Numbered from the stretch's first letter, positions 1-8,510 are shown. The stretch: 52,555 nt of DNA from a virus (IMGVR_UViG_3300029998_000044:1-52555), one strand, 5' to 3'. Notes: generated from the sequence alone by a model not told the origin. A program made the numbers and translations.

Positions 1-183
1 CAGGCAAATATGGAAAAGAAATCAGAAATCAATCAAGAGTTAGTGTTAAAGAGCTTGCAGGAATTAAGAGATAAACCTGTAAAAAATTATGACCAAATAA
101 AAATGGCAGTATGGATTTTCATTGCTACCTATATCATAGGTAATATTTTTGGATTGATGAAGATTTTCACGCCCGCCAGCTAA
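1..183 (+). CDS. Partial small membrane protein (holin/XhlA-like C-terminus)
   Basis: Frame open from base 1 to TAA 181-183; hydrophobic C-terminus MAVWIFIATYIIGNIFGLM; directly upstream of an amidase. Confidence 0.55.
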   Translation, partial: QANMEKKSEINQELVLKSLQELRDKPVKNYDQIKMAVWIFIATYIIGNIFGLMKIFTPAS

Positions 184-207
184 AAAGTAACGAAAGGAGA
201 CGATATT

Positions 208-933
208 TTGATTGACGAACATATTGTATGTCTAAATCCATCCAAACAGGGTTCAAACATAGGCGTGGATGATTACGGAACAGAGAAGGACAACGCCCAC
301 ATCATAGGCTATCGTGTCAAAGATATTCTGGACTGGAACGGTGGCTTTAAAAAAGCATATTGCACGCCTAAGACAATGACATTATCCGAAGGTATCAAAT
401 TCAGCAACGATGTTAAAGCTACAATCCATGTAGATATACATAGTAACGCATGGATGTATAAAAACAGAGGATGCCAAGCTTGCTACAAGTCGGCAAAGGG
501 CAAGGTCCTCGCAAAGTGCATATATGATGAAGTTGCATCCGTTACACCAACAGCAGATGAAGGACTTAAATACAGAGATGATTTAGGAGCCCTTAATCAG
601 ACAAATGCAACAGCCGCATTGGTCGAAATGTTCTATCACGACAACTATGACGATGTGGAATTTTACAAAAACCACAAAGAGGAATTTGCAAGAGCAATAG
701 CTGCAGGCATTATGAAATACGCTGGGGTTCCAGAGAGACAGGAAACAGTATATAAAACTGTAACAGCTACGCAACTTAATGTTAGGGACACACCATCAGC
801 AGCAAGCCCTGATACTATTATTGGCCATTTAAACAATGGAGATAAAGTTCATGTTGGTTTTGAAAAGAACGGATGGGCCAACATATTCTTTGGTAACAAT
901 GGTGGCTGGGTATCATCAGCATACTTAAAATAA
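208..933 (+). CDS. Endolysin: Amidase_3-type N-acetylmuramoyl-L-alanine amidase with SH3b domain
   Basis: GTEK, DIHSNA and LVEMFYHDN motifs; C-terminal LNVR..P...IIG.L..GDKV...NGW...GWVSSAYL. Confidence 0.9.
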   Translation: MIDEHIVCLNPSKQGSNIGVDDYGTEKDNAHIIGYRVKDILDWNGGFKKAYCTPKTMTLSEGIKFSNDVKATIHVDIHSNAWMYKNRGCQACYKSAKGKVLAKCIYDEVASVTPTADEGLKYRDDLGALNQTNATAALVEMFYHDNYDDVEFYKNHKEEFARAIAAGIMKYAGVPERQETVYKTVTATQLNVRDTPSAASPDTIIGHLNNGDKVHVGFEKNGWANIFFGNNGGWVSSAYLK

Positions 934-1550
934 TGGGAGGTACAGAAGAAATGCAAGATTTAATAAACCAAATTGCAGTTGTTATACTTACATCAATTGC
1001 AGCTTATACCGGAACGATTCTTACTCATTGGTGGAATGAAAATCAGGCCTTGATAGAATCAAAAATGCAGCAGATTCAGCAGGCTATGGGAATAGAAAAG
1101 TACAATAAAGACATTAAGACAGCAAAAATTCTCATAGGCAGCATAGAACAACAGGCCATTAAAAATGATTGGATAGGAGTAACCAAGAGGTCCAAGGCTT
1201 GCAGCCTGATACAACAGTACACAGGCCTCACTAATGACCAAATAGGCCACATTATAGAATCAACAGTCAATGAATTTAAGATGAACACCAGCACCATTGA
1301 CTTGAACAAATTAACGGTTCCGGGAACAGATACGAAGGAGGTTACAGTTTTAAGACTAGCCGATGATGGAAAGTACAAAGAAGAAAAAGCGACCATCCCG
1401 GTAGAAGTAGCCTCCTTAGAAGAACCTGCAGCAGTAGAAGAAGTTCCGGCAGCAGAGCCAGTAGCAGAGGCAACCCCGATAGTAGAACCAGTAGTAAATC
1501 CACAGAGTATCACAATTAACGGAATAGAATATGTTCCTGCAACCGCTTAA
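933..1550 (+). CDS. Holin-like protein (LL-H-like) with acidic Pro/Ala/Glu tail
   Basis: N-terminal TM helix, IESTVNEF motif, adjacent to endolysin. Confidence 0.65.
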   Translation: MGGTEEMQDLINQIAVVILTSIAAYTGTILTHWWNENQALIESKMQQIQQAMGIEKYNKDIKTAKILIGSIEQQAIKNDWIGVTKRSKACSLIQQYTGLTNDQIGHIIESTVNEFKMNTSTIDLNKLTVPGTDTKEVTVLRLADDGKYKEEKATIPVEVASLEEPAAVEEVPAAEPVAEATPIVEPVVNPQSITINGIEYVPATA

Positions 1551-1560
1551 TATAGAAGTA

Positions 1561-1591
1561 AAAAGCCTTGAGTTAAATCAGGGCTTTTTTT
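1561..1591 (+). terminator. Rho-independent terminator
   Basis: AAAAGCCTTGA-GTTAAA-TCAGGGCTTTTTTT. Confidence 0.8.
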
Positions 1592-1614
1592 ATATAATTA
1601 TTTAGCCAAAACAC

Positions 1615-1643
1615 TTGACATAACGGAAACGGTAGTTTACACT
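1615..1643 (+). promoter_or_regulatory. SigmaA promoter
   Basis: TTGACA-17bp-TACACT. Confidence 0.7.
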
Positions 1644-1672
1644 TAGAATAATGAAAGTTTGGAGGTGATTAG

Positions 1673-1876
1673 ATGAAAAACAGACTAAAAGAATTAAGGG
1701 CTAGACACAATATAACTCAGCAGGAACTAGCTACTAATGTGGGCGTAAGCAGACAAAGCATAAACGCAATAGAGAATGGAGATACTACCCCGGCAGGAGA
1801 CACAATGCTTAAAATAGCTAATTACTTCAATATGAATGCAAGCGAAGTATTTGAGCTTAACGAAAAGGAGGTCTAA
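1673..1876 (+). CDS. Cro/XRE-family HTH regulator
   Basis: RLKELR...TQQELA..VGVSRQSINAIENG..TP. Confidence 0.9.
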   Translation: MKNRLKELRARHNITQQELATNVGVSRQSINAIENGDTTPAGDTMLKIANYFNMNASEVFELNEKEV

Positions 1877-1880
1877 AATT

Positions 1881-2006
1881 ATGACATTCGATTTTGGAAC
1901 ATTAACCCCACAGGAACACAGAAAAGTATCTGAAATAATATCCATAATAGCTACAATAACATTCTTGTCAGCAATAATAATAGGTCTAGCGGTTTACTGC
2001 TCATAG
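1881..2006 (+). CDS. 41-aa membrane peptide
   Basis: RBS AAGGAGG; MTFDFGTLTPQEHRKVSEIISIIATITFLSAIIIGLAVYCS. Confidence 0.55.
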   Translation: MTFDFGTLTPQEHRKVSEIISIIATITFLSAIIIGLAVYCS

Positions 2007-2015
2007 GAGGAAAAT

Positions 2016-2264
2016 ATGGAGCAACAGCCAAATTATGATGAAAAAGGAAGGATGAAGTATAGCCCTGAATACCATAGCAAAAACGGAACTTTATGGACTT
2101 ATGATGAACTTGACTACTTAATAACATGGTATGCAAAAATAGGCCCGGTAGAAATGTCTTTTGCACTTGAAAGAACAGTAGCATCCATTAACAAGAAGGT
2201 AGCAGACTTGAAAAAATCCGGCAAGATGGAAGATAAACCGAATGAAAAACATTTTACAAGATAA
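2016..2264 (+). CDS. Small phage protein, possibly DNA-binding (Myb/HTH-like)
   Basis: RBS GGAGG; WTYDELDYL...MSFALERT..SI pattern. Confidence 0.6.
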   Translation: MEQQPNYDEKGRMKYSPEYHSKNGTLWTYDELDYLITWYAKIGPVEMSFALERTVASINKKVADLKKSGKMEDKPNEKHFTR

Positions 2265-2290
2265 TCGCAACCTGAATAAATTGCGTCCGA
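2261..2290 (+). repeat. 30-bp cassette-boundary site
   Basis: ATAATCGCAAC-CTGAATAA-ATTGCGTCCGA; stop codon in left arm, RBS follows. Confidence 0.75.
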
Positions 2291-2299
2291 CTTTAGGAG

Positions 2300-3031
2300 G
2301 TGGGGAAAATCGAACAAAATAAAATATATTTAGGTGATTGTTTGGAATTGATGCCTAAAATAAAAGACAAATCGGTGGATATGATACTATGCGACCTTCC
2401 CTACGGAACAACACAAAACAAATGGGATAGCGTGATACCTTTGAATGAACTTTGGGGGCAGTATAACAGAGTTATAAAAGACAATGGAGTAATTGCATTA
2501 TGTTGTGTTGAGCCTTTTACATCAAGCCTTATAATGAGCAATTTGAAGCATTTTAAATATAAATTAGTATGGGAAAAGTCGAAAGCAACTAATTTTTTAA
2601 ATGCTAAAAAACAACCTTTAAGGAAATATGAAGAAGTAGCAATATTTTATAAGAAACCGCCTGTATATAATCCGCAAATGAGAGCAGGAGAGCCATACAA
2701 CAAAGGAATAAGGAAAGACCAACTAACAGGTAGTTATGGTGATTTTAAGCCCGTAGAAGTTAAGAGCGGAGGGTTAAGATACCCAACCGACATATTGTAT
2801 TTTAAGACAGCAGAAAGCGAGGGCGAAGTTTTTCACTCAACACAAAAACCTAAATCTTTGTATGAATATTTGATTAGAACATATAGCAACGAAGGTGATT
2901 TAATACTTGATAATGCTTGCGGTAGCGGAACAATAGGAGTTGCTCAAAGTATAGGTAGAAACTTCATGGGAATAGAAAAAGACGAACATTATCACGAAAT
3001 AGCAGTAAACAGAATTAAGGATTTTAAATAG
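2300..3031 (+). CDS. Orphan beta-class N6A/N4C DNA methyltransferase
   Basis: IYLGDCLE, DLPYG (motif IV), HSTQKP, DNACGSGT (motif I). Confidence 0.9.
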   Translation: MGKIEQNKIYLGDCLELMPKIKDKSVDMILCDLPYGTTQNKWDSVIPLNELWGQYNRVIKDNGVIALCCVEPFTSSLIMSNLKHFKYKLVWEKSKATNFLNAKKQPLRKYEEVAIFYKKPPVYNPQMRAGEPYNKGIRKDQLTGSYGDFKPVEVKSGGLRYPTDILYFKTAESEGEVFHSTQKPKSLYEYLIRTYSNEGDLILDNACGSGTIGVAQSIGRNFMGIEKDEHYHEIAVNRIKDFK

Positions 3032-3035
3032 TAAA

Positions 3036-3065
3036 TCACGAACAATTCAAATATGTTTTTCGTAA
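3036..3065 (+). repeat. 30-bp cassette-boundary site
   Basis: TCACGAACAAT-TCAAATAT-GTTTTTCGTAA. Confidence 0.8.
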
Positions 3066-3091
3066 TAAATTAAATGAAAGAAGGTATAAAA

Positions 3092-3334
3092 ATGAAAAAA
3101 TTATCAGTAACAATCAATTCAGGATTAATGGAATTGTCCAGCTACAGCAACGAAGTGAGAATTGAAAATATCAGAATCGAAGAAATCATAAGGTATAACT
3201 TGCCAAAAGAAATTCAAGTATCAAAGCCTTATATTGTAAACGCAAAGATTGAAATTGAAATCATAGAATCAGGAATACATGTTGATTCTGAGGGCTACGA
3301 AAATAAGGAGGGTATCACAAATGGAGAAGGTTAA
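3092..3334 (+). CDS. Hypothetical protein
   Basis: RBS GAAGG before MKKLSV; overlaps the next gene. Confidence 0.6.
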   Translation: MKKLSVTINSGLMELSSYSNEVRIENIRIEEIIRYNLPKEIQVSKPYIVNAKIEIEIIESGIHVDSEGYENKEGITNGEG

Positions 3335-3986
3335 TAAGGAACTTGAATTAAAGCCTGCAACAATGAACATATACCAGAAAATCCAGAAATGTAAATGTGA
3401 GCTTGGCAAGGCAGACCTGAAAAAATCAGGGAAGAATACCTATAGTAACTACAATTACTATGAATTAGGAGACTTCCTCCCAAAGATAAATGATGTAATG
3501 GACAAATACGGATTGACAGCAATATTTAACTTCAAGGAGGATTTAGCCTCCCTCACAGTAGTAAATTGCGAGAACCCATCCGAGACATTATATTTTAGCA
3601 CACCAATCTCAATAGCAACTTTAAAAGGGACCTACGCAATCCAGAACATAGGAGCTACACAGACCTATGCTAGGAGATACTTGTATGTAATGGCCTTTGA
3701 GATAGCTGAATCCGATGTACTGGACGAGAAGGAACATGACGAGGACCTTATAGAGAGAGGCCAAAAGATTAATAAGGTTAGAGCAGCAAGCATAAATGCT
3801 ATGTTGGAACAGACCGGAGCGGATGTTAAGGGATTCCTGAGATACTACAAGCTAAAGGAAATCGAGGACATAACAAATGACTTATTCCCGGACATAATGG
3901 CAGAACTGCAGAAGAAACTTGAAAAGGTAAAGAAAGCTCCGCTCCCGGAAGTAGGTAAAAATAAAGTACCGGACCTTGGTATGTAG
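3321..3986 (+). CDS. erf: ERF-family ssDNA-annealing protein
   Basis: KKSGKN..NYNYYELGD, IQNIGATQTYARRY.....F.I motifs. Confidence 0.85.
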   Translation: MEKVNKELELKPATMNIYQKIQKCKCELGKADLKKSGKNTYSNYNYYELGDFLPKINDVMDKYGLTAIFNFKEDLASLTVVNCENPSETLYFSTPISIATLKGTYAIQNIGATQTYARRYLYVMAFEIAESDVLDEKEHDEDLIERGQKINKVRAASINAMLEQTGADVKGFLRYYKLKEIEDITNDLFPDIMAELQKKLEKVKKAPLPEVGKNKVPDLGM

Positions 3987-4011
3987 CACAACATGAATAT
4001 ATGGTCCGTAA
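3982..4011 (+). repeat. 30-bp cassette-boundary site
   Basis: TGTAGCACAAC-ATGAATAT-ATGGTCCGTAA followed by TTAGAAAGGAG. Confidence 0.7.
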
Positions 4012-4014
4012 TTA

Positions 4015-4121
4015 GAAAGGAGAAAAATATGAGAACAACGGAAAAAAATAAAGAAATGGCAAATGCCTTACTTAAACTAATAGCGGAAAATCCAGAATTA
4101 GAAGTAGTCCCAATGGTGGAC
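4015..4121 (+). repeat. 107-bp exact direct repeat, copy 1
   Basis: Identical to 52449-52555. Confidence 0.95.
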
Positions 4122-4385
4122 ACAGAGTGTATTTTTGATGATAGCTACAGCACTTGGATGGCTAGATGGGGCAGTGCAGACATAGATGAATACTGGTGTT
4201 CAAATGAACGAGTGTATTTCAAATCAATAGATTTCGATACTTTAGTCGAAGAATTTATTGATAACAACTACGAAGATTATCCGACACTTTCGGATGAAGA
4301 TGAAGAATTGCAAAAGTTAGCAGAAGAAAAAATAAATGCCTACGATTGGATTAAGGCAATATCGGTCAATATTGTACATTGCTAA
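4029..4385 (+). CDS. Acidic hypothetical phage protein (118 aa)
   Basis: RBS GAAAGGAG; LLKLIAENPELEVVPMVD; flanked by 30-bp sites. Confidence 0.75.
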   Translation: MRTTEKNKEMANALLKLIAENPELEVVPMVDTECIFDDSYSTWMARWGSADIDEYWCSNERVYFKSIDFDTLVEEFIDNNYEDYPTLSDEDEELQKLAEEKINAYDWIKAISVNIVHC

Positions 4386-4460
4386 TCACGAACAATTCAA
4401 AGCTATTTCGCTATATGAAAAAATGGCGCACGATTCACAACTGCATAAAATTTTGAAAGA
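4386..4460 (+). repeat. Three stacked or overlapping degenerate 30-bp sites
   Basis: TCACGAACAAT-TCAAAGCT-..., TATTTCGCTAT-ATGAAAAA-ATGGCGCACGA, CGATTCACAAC-TGCATAAA-ATTTTGAAAGA. Confidence 0.6.
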
Positions 4461-4465
4461 GGTGT

Positions 4466-4690
4466 ATGAATATGAATTATGACAAAATGCCAAGCAGGGG
4501 CAAAATAACTTCTGATGGAGAATGGGCTAAGGATTGTGGTTGCGGTGGCAAAGCCTATGTCTTTTATGATGAAGATGCCACATACAATGTTGAATGTGAA
4601 AATTGCGGTACAGTTCTCAGGCTTATAACATCAAGCTTGGATGGGGCAATAAAGTTTTGGAATAATACATTAGAAGTTGGAGGTAATTAA
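4466..4690 (+). CDS. Zn-ribbon protein, Lar (restriction alleviation)-like
   Basis: CGCGG...VECENCG...AIKFWN pattern. Confidence 0.6.
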   Translation: MNMNYDKMPSRGKITSDGEWAKDCGCGGKAYVFYDEDATYNVECENCGTVLRLITSSLDGAIKFWNNTLEVGGN

Positions 4691-4948
4691 ATGAGTGCTG
4701 AAATAGTAATGGGAAACCTTGTTATGTGTAATATATGCCATAAAAGAATAGCCACAAAACTATGTGATATGCCTGTTAGAAGAACAAAAAACTTTCACAT
4801 AAAGATTAATGGAATGACAGATACAAATTTGAGCTTTAAAGAATATACCGCAACTTGTGACAAATATATCTGCGACAAATGTGCTGCAGAAGTTGGAAAC
4901 GGAATACACTTTTGCAAATCGTGTATGTCAAAGCTAAAAAGGGTATGA
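4691..4948 (+). CDS. Cys-rich Zn-binding hypothetical protein
   Basis: CNIC..ATKLCD...TCD..IC.KC......HFCKSC. Confidence 0.7.
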   Translation: MSAEIVMGNLVMCNICHKRIATKLCDMPVRRTKNFHIKINGMTDTNLSFKEYTATCDKYICDKCAAEVGNGIHFCKSCMSKLKRV

Positions 4949-5139
4949 CCATGATAAATAAATACAATTTAAACGATATTGTTAAAATTGAAAAAGGAAA
5001 TGAAGTTTACAAAATAGTTGGAATGCACTTAAACACATACAATAACCCCAAAAAGGTATGGTATTCGCTATATCGTTTATCGGATGGATATATATGCAAT
5101 ATTGCCGAAAATATACTTACACCTGTTATTGCTGTTTAG
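4945..5139 (+). CDS. Hypothetical protein
   Basis: ATGA overlap with previous stop; KYNLNDIVKI start; ends in a 30-bp site. Confidence 0.6.
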   Translation: MTMINKYNLNDIVKIEKGNEVYKIVGMHLNTYNNPKKVWYSLYRLSDGYICNIAENILTPVIAV

Positions 5140-5166
5140 TGCGCAATACAAAAATATTCTACATAA
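5137..5166 (+). repeat. 30-bp cassette-boundary site
   Basis: TAGTGCGCAAT-ACAAAAAT-ATTCTACATAA followed by GGAGG. Confidence 0.65.
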
Positions 5167-5178
5167 GGAGGTCTCAAC

Positions 5179-5319
5179 ATGGGTGGAAAGTATGAAGTAC
5201 GATATTGTTACAACGATACATTGCAAGTTTATCTATCGGAATATACAAACAGCTGGTTCAAATTTATGATACTGAGGTTCACCAAAAAGGTCATATATTA
5301 CAAGGTACAAATGTTTTGA
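5179..5319 (+). CDS. 46-aa hypothetical protein (not in ORF track)
   Basis: RBS AAGGAGG; MGGKYEVRYCYNDTLQVYLSEYTNSWFKFMILRFTKKVIYYKVQMF. Confidence 0.6.
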   Translation: MGGKYEVRYCYNDTLQVYLSEYTNSWFKFMILRFTKKVIYYKVQMF

Positions 5320-5446
5320 GCAAGAGAGATTGGATGGATGAAAGGAACAGAAGAATGCGGAGAGAGAAGAATATGGATGCAAGCTAAAAGAAATCAGCAT
5401 TAAAGGCTGGATTAAGGTAATATCGGTTGATATTGTACCTTGCTAA

Positions 5447-5476
5447 TCACGAACAATTCAAAAATATTATTCACAA
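5447..5476 (+). repeat. 30-bp cassette-boundary site
   Basis: TCACGAACAAT-TCAAAAAT-ATTATTCACAA. Confidence 0.8.
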
Positions 5477-5481
5477 TGTAC

Positions 5482-5510
5482 TTGACATACCCAATATATC
5501 ATGCTATAAT
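5482..5510 (+). promoter_or_regulatory. SigmaA promoter (extended -10)
   Basis: TTGACA-17bp-TATAAT with TG. Confidence 0.85.
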
Positions 5511-5543
5511 AAGTTATAAAGTTAAATAAAGGAGAGATAAATT

Positions 5544-5864
5544 ATGAAAAGAGCAGAGATATATTGGGTAGACTTAGGGGAAACAGTAGGTAGTGAACAG
5601 AGGAGATGTAGACCATGCTTAATAATACAAGCCAATTTAGGTAATGCAACCTCGCCTACAGTAACAATTGTTCCAATAACGTCTGCTACCAAGAGTTTCA
5701 CGATAACTCATGCCCCAGTAGATGGTCTTATTAAACCATCAATAGCATTATGTGAGCAGATAAGAACAGTTGATAAGAAAAGAGTAAAGGGTTATATTGC
5801 TACGGTAAGTGATTATACTATGATTAATATATCTGAAACAATAAGGTTGACATTAGGCTTATAA
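5544..5864 (+). CDS. mazF: PemK/MazF-family endoribonuclease, no adjacent antitoxin
   Basis: MKRAEIYWVDL...GSEQ...RPCLIIQ...N..SPTV..VPITS...EQIRTVDKKR. Confidence 0.9.
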   Translation: MKRAEIYWVDLGETVGSEQRRCRPCLIIQANLGNATSPTVTIVPITSATKSFTITHAPVDGLIKPSIALCEQIRTVDKKRVKGYIATVSDYTMINISETIRLTLGL

Positions 5865-5875
5865 TGTGGTATAAT
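5847..5875 (+). promoter_or_regulatory. SigmaA promoter
   Basis: TTGACA-17bp-TATAAT. Confidence 0.8.
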
Positions 5876-5909
5876 GATTACAGAAGTTAAATTTAAGGAG
5901 GATTAATAA

Positions 5910-6113
5910 TTGATACTTTATAGTAACGGATGCACAAACTGTGAACGATTGAAAGAGCAACTGGATATATCTAAAATTGAATATCAAGTTTCAAGTGATT
6001 ACAGAAGGTTGATTGAATTGAATATAAGGTCTGCACCATGCTTAGAATTTGAAGATGGAAGTTTCATGCTCTATGATGAAGCCATGATGTATGCCATAAA
6101 GAAAAGGGGATAG
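5910..6113 (+). CDS. Glutaredoxin/NrdH-like redoxin
   Basis: ILYSNGCTNC (CxxC) and cis-Pro motif SAPCL; upstream of nrdD. Confidence 0.75.
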   Translation: MILYSNGCTNCERLKEQLDISKIEYQVSSDYRRLIELNIRSAPCLEFEDGSFMLYDEAMMYAIKKRG

Positions 6114-6116
6114 ACA

Positions 6117-7895
6117 ATGGAAAAGCAATTATTAGATTCTAAAACATTAGTGGAGGATTATTTATTCAATAAAGATTGGAGGACAAAAGAAAATTCAAAC
6201 GCACCTAGAAGTTTTGGCTCGCTCAATAAATATATAATTGGAGAAGTTAGTAAAAACTATTGGTTGAATGAAGTATACAATAAAGAAATAAAATGTGCAT
6301 ATCTTAATGGTGATTTTCACATCCATGATTTAGGGGCATTAACATTATACTGCGTTGGATATTCATTAGAAAACATACTATTAATGGGGGTACAAGGTAT
6401 AAGTAATATACCAGTATCAAGTCCACCTAAACATTTCAAAAGTGCTTTATCACAAGTTGTAAATTTGGCAACAGTATACCAAAATGAACAAGCTGGAGCA
6501 GTAGCATTCAATTCCGTAGATACGTTATTAGCACCTTTTATACGAGAAGATGATTTGGATAAAATCCAAGTTAAACAAGAATTACAGAATTTTATATTTG
6601 CCTTAAATAGCAATTCAAGAATGGGGGCAGAACCAGCATTTACAAATATAACATTAGATATAACTCCTTCACCAGATATGTTGCGTAAAAATATAATCAT
6701 AGGTGGAGATTATAGATTGGATGTATATGGTGATTTTCAAAAGGAAATGGATTTATTTAATGAATGTTTTGCTGAAATAATGCTAGAAGGAGATAGTAAG
6801 GGTCAGCCATTTTCATATCCAGTATTGACTTATAATATAGGAAAGAGATTTGATTGGAATAATCCTAAAAATGATAAAATATTTGAAATGGCTGGTAAGT
6901 TTGGATATCCATATTTTTCAAATTTTATAAATTCTGAAATGGATGAATCTGATATAAGAAGTATGTGCTGTAGACTTAGATTAGATTTAACCGAGTTAAG
7001 AAGAAGAAATGGTGGATTATTTGGAGCAGGAGATTCAACTGGTTCAATTGGTGTAGTGACTCTAAATATGCCTAGAATAGGTTATATATCATCAAATGAG
7101 ATTGAATTTTTTAATAAACTAGATATTATATTGAATTTAGCAAAAGATTCATTAGAACTCAAACGAGTATTCTTGCAAAATGAAGTATTGGATGGTGGAT
7201 TAATTCCAGCTTATTCTCAATATGTTGGAACGATTGATAATCATTTTAGCACTATTGGTATAATTGGGTTTAATGAAATGTGTGAAAACTTTTTAGGAAA
7301 AGACATACTATCAATAGAAGGTAAAGAGTTCTCCGTAAAAGTTGGTGAATATATCTTAAATAAAATAAAAGAATTTCAAGTAGAAACTGGTCATCTATAT
7401 AATTATGAAGCATCACCTAGCGAATCAACTTGTTATAGACTGGCTAAAAAAGATAAAGAGTTATTTCCCGATATAATAACACAAGGTAATTCAGTTCCAT
7501 ACTACACTAATTCTTCTCATATACCAGTATCCAAAGTAACTACTATCAATGATATGATGGCACATCAAGAAGCTTTACAAGTTCAATTTACTGGAGGATG
7601 TGTAAATCATATATATTTAGATGGAGCAATATCTGGTGAACAAGCTAAACATATGGTTAAAACTTGTTTAACAAATTATAGAAATCCATATATAAGCCTT
7701 TCTCCAGTAAATAGATATTGTCCAGAACATGGTTATATTGAAGAACGAGTTGAAAATTGTCCTAAGTGTGGTATGAAGTTGGATATTATGCAACGCGTAA
7801 CTGGTTATTTAAGGAAAGTTGAAAATTTCAATGATGGTAAAAAAGAAGAATTTTATGATAGAAAACAATTTAATGGTATAATTGATTTAAAATAA
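6117..7895 (+). CDS. nrdD: Anaerobic class III ribonucleotide reductase (no ATP cone)
   Basis: GDFHIHDL, SMCCRL, YYTNSSH, C-terminal Zn site and glycyl-radical RVTGYL. Confidence 0.95.
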   Translation: MEKQLLDSKTLVEDYLFNKDWRTKENSNAPRSFGSLNKYIIGEVSKNYWLNEVYNKEIKCAYLNGDFHIHDLGALTLYCVGYSLENILLMGVQGISNIPVSSPPKHFKSALSQVVNLATVYQNEQAGAVAFNSVDTLLAPFIREDDLDKIQVKQELQNFIFALNSNSRMGAEPAFTNITLDITPSPDMLRKNIIIGGDYRLDVYGDFQKEMDLFNECFAEIMLEGDSKGQPFSYPVLTYNIGKRFDWNNPKNDKIFEMAGKFGYPYFSNFINSEMDESDIRSMCCRLRLDLTELRRRNGGLFGAGDSTGSIGVVTLNMPRIGYISSNEIEFFNKLDIILNLAKDSLELKRVFLQNEVLDGGLIPAYSQYVGTIDNHFSTIGIIGFNEMCENFLGKDILSIEGKEFSVKVGEYILNKIKEFQVETGHLYNYEASPSESTCYRLAKKDKELFPDIITQGNSVPYYTNSSHIPVSKVTTINDMMAHQEALQVQFTGGCVNHIYLDGAISGEQAKHMVKTCLTNYRNPYISLSPVNRYCPEHGYIEERVENCPKCGMKLDIMQRVTGYLRKVENFNDGKKEEFYDRKQFNGIIDLK

Positions 7896-7951
7896 AGATT
7901 GACAATGTATAAGTGACATAAATAATAATAGAAGGTGGAGGTATACAACAA

Positions 7952-8509
7952 ATGGTTAGATATAAATATATAGAACATGAACGCAGTGAAGATGCTAATT
8001 TTATTGGAGCATTGATAGTAGCATCTGATTGCAAAATAAAATGTAGAGGATGTTTTAACCGTGACATCAAAAAGATGGAAACGAAGAAGGATACTGCACA
8101 GAATATCATCAAGGAGGTGCTTTCTAATCCATTCAACGAGGGTATTATACTAGCTGGCTTGGAGTGGTCTAGCACACCTACAGACCTCGTAGAACTGGTC
8201 ACAGAAGCCGATAAACATGGTCTGAAGATAATGATATACACAGGATTAGATTTGGGTGAGTTTGAAATGAGGATAGGCAAGGCTTGTTGCGATAAGGTTG
8301 GAATTAAAGAACTTCCAAAAGATTACAATGATACTTCAATGATGTATGCTTGTATTGGTGGGATGGTTCTTGATAATGCAATCCATAGTGATTATTATAT
8401 AAAATCTGGAGCATATGTAAAGGAACTGGAAGTAACTGGTAGAGAAGCATTTGGTGTGACATTGGCAACAAGTAATCAGAATGTTATAAAAATTCAGAAA
8501 GAGGTGTAG
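7952..8509 (+). CDS. nrdG: RNR-activating radical SAM protein
   Basis: CKIKCRGCFN (CxxxCxxC), IYTG, SNQ; follows nrdD. Confidence 0.85.
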   Translation: MVRYKYIEHERSEDANFIGALIVASDCKIKCRGCFNRDIKKMETKKDTAQNIIKEVLSNPFNEGIILAGLEWSSTPTDLVELVTEADKHGLKIMIYTGLDLGEFEMRIGKACCDKVGIKELPKDYNDTSMMYACIGGMVLDNAIHSDYYIKSGAYVKELEVTGREAFGVTLATSNQNVIKIQKEV

Positions 8510-8510
8510 T

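Larger units (their letters stand above)
1..4014. mobile_element. Fragment of a second, related phage (lysis end plus early genes)
   Basis: Its amidase, holin and ssDNA-annealing protein duplicate functions already present in 4015-52448; it lies outside the 107-bp repeat. Confidence 0.65.
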
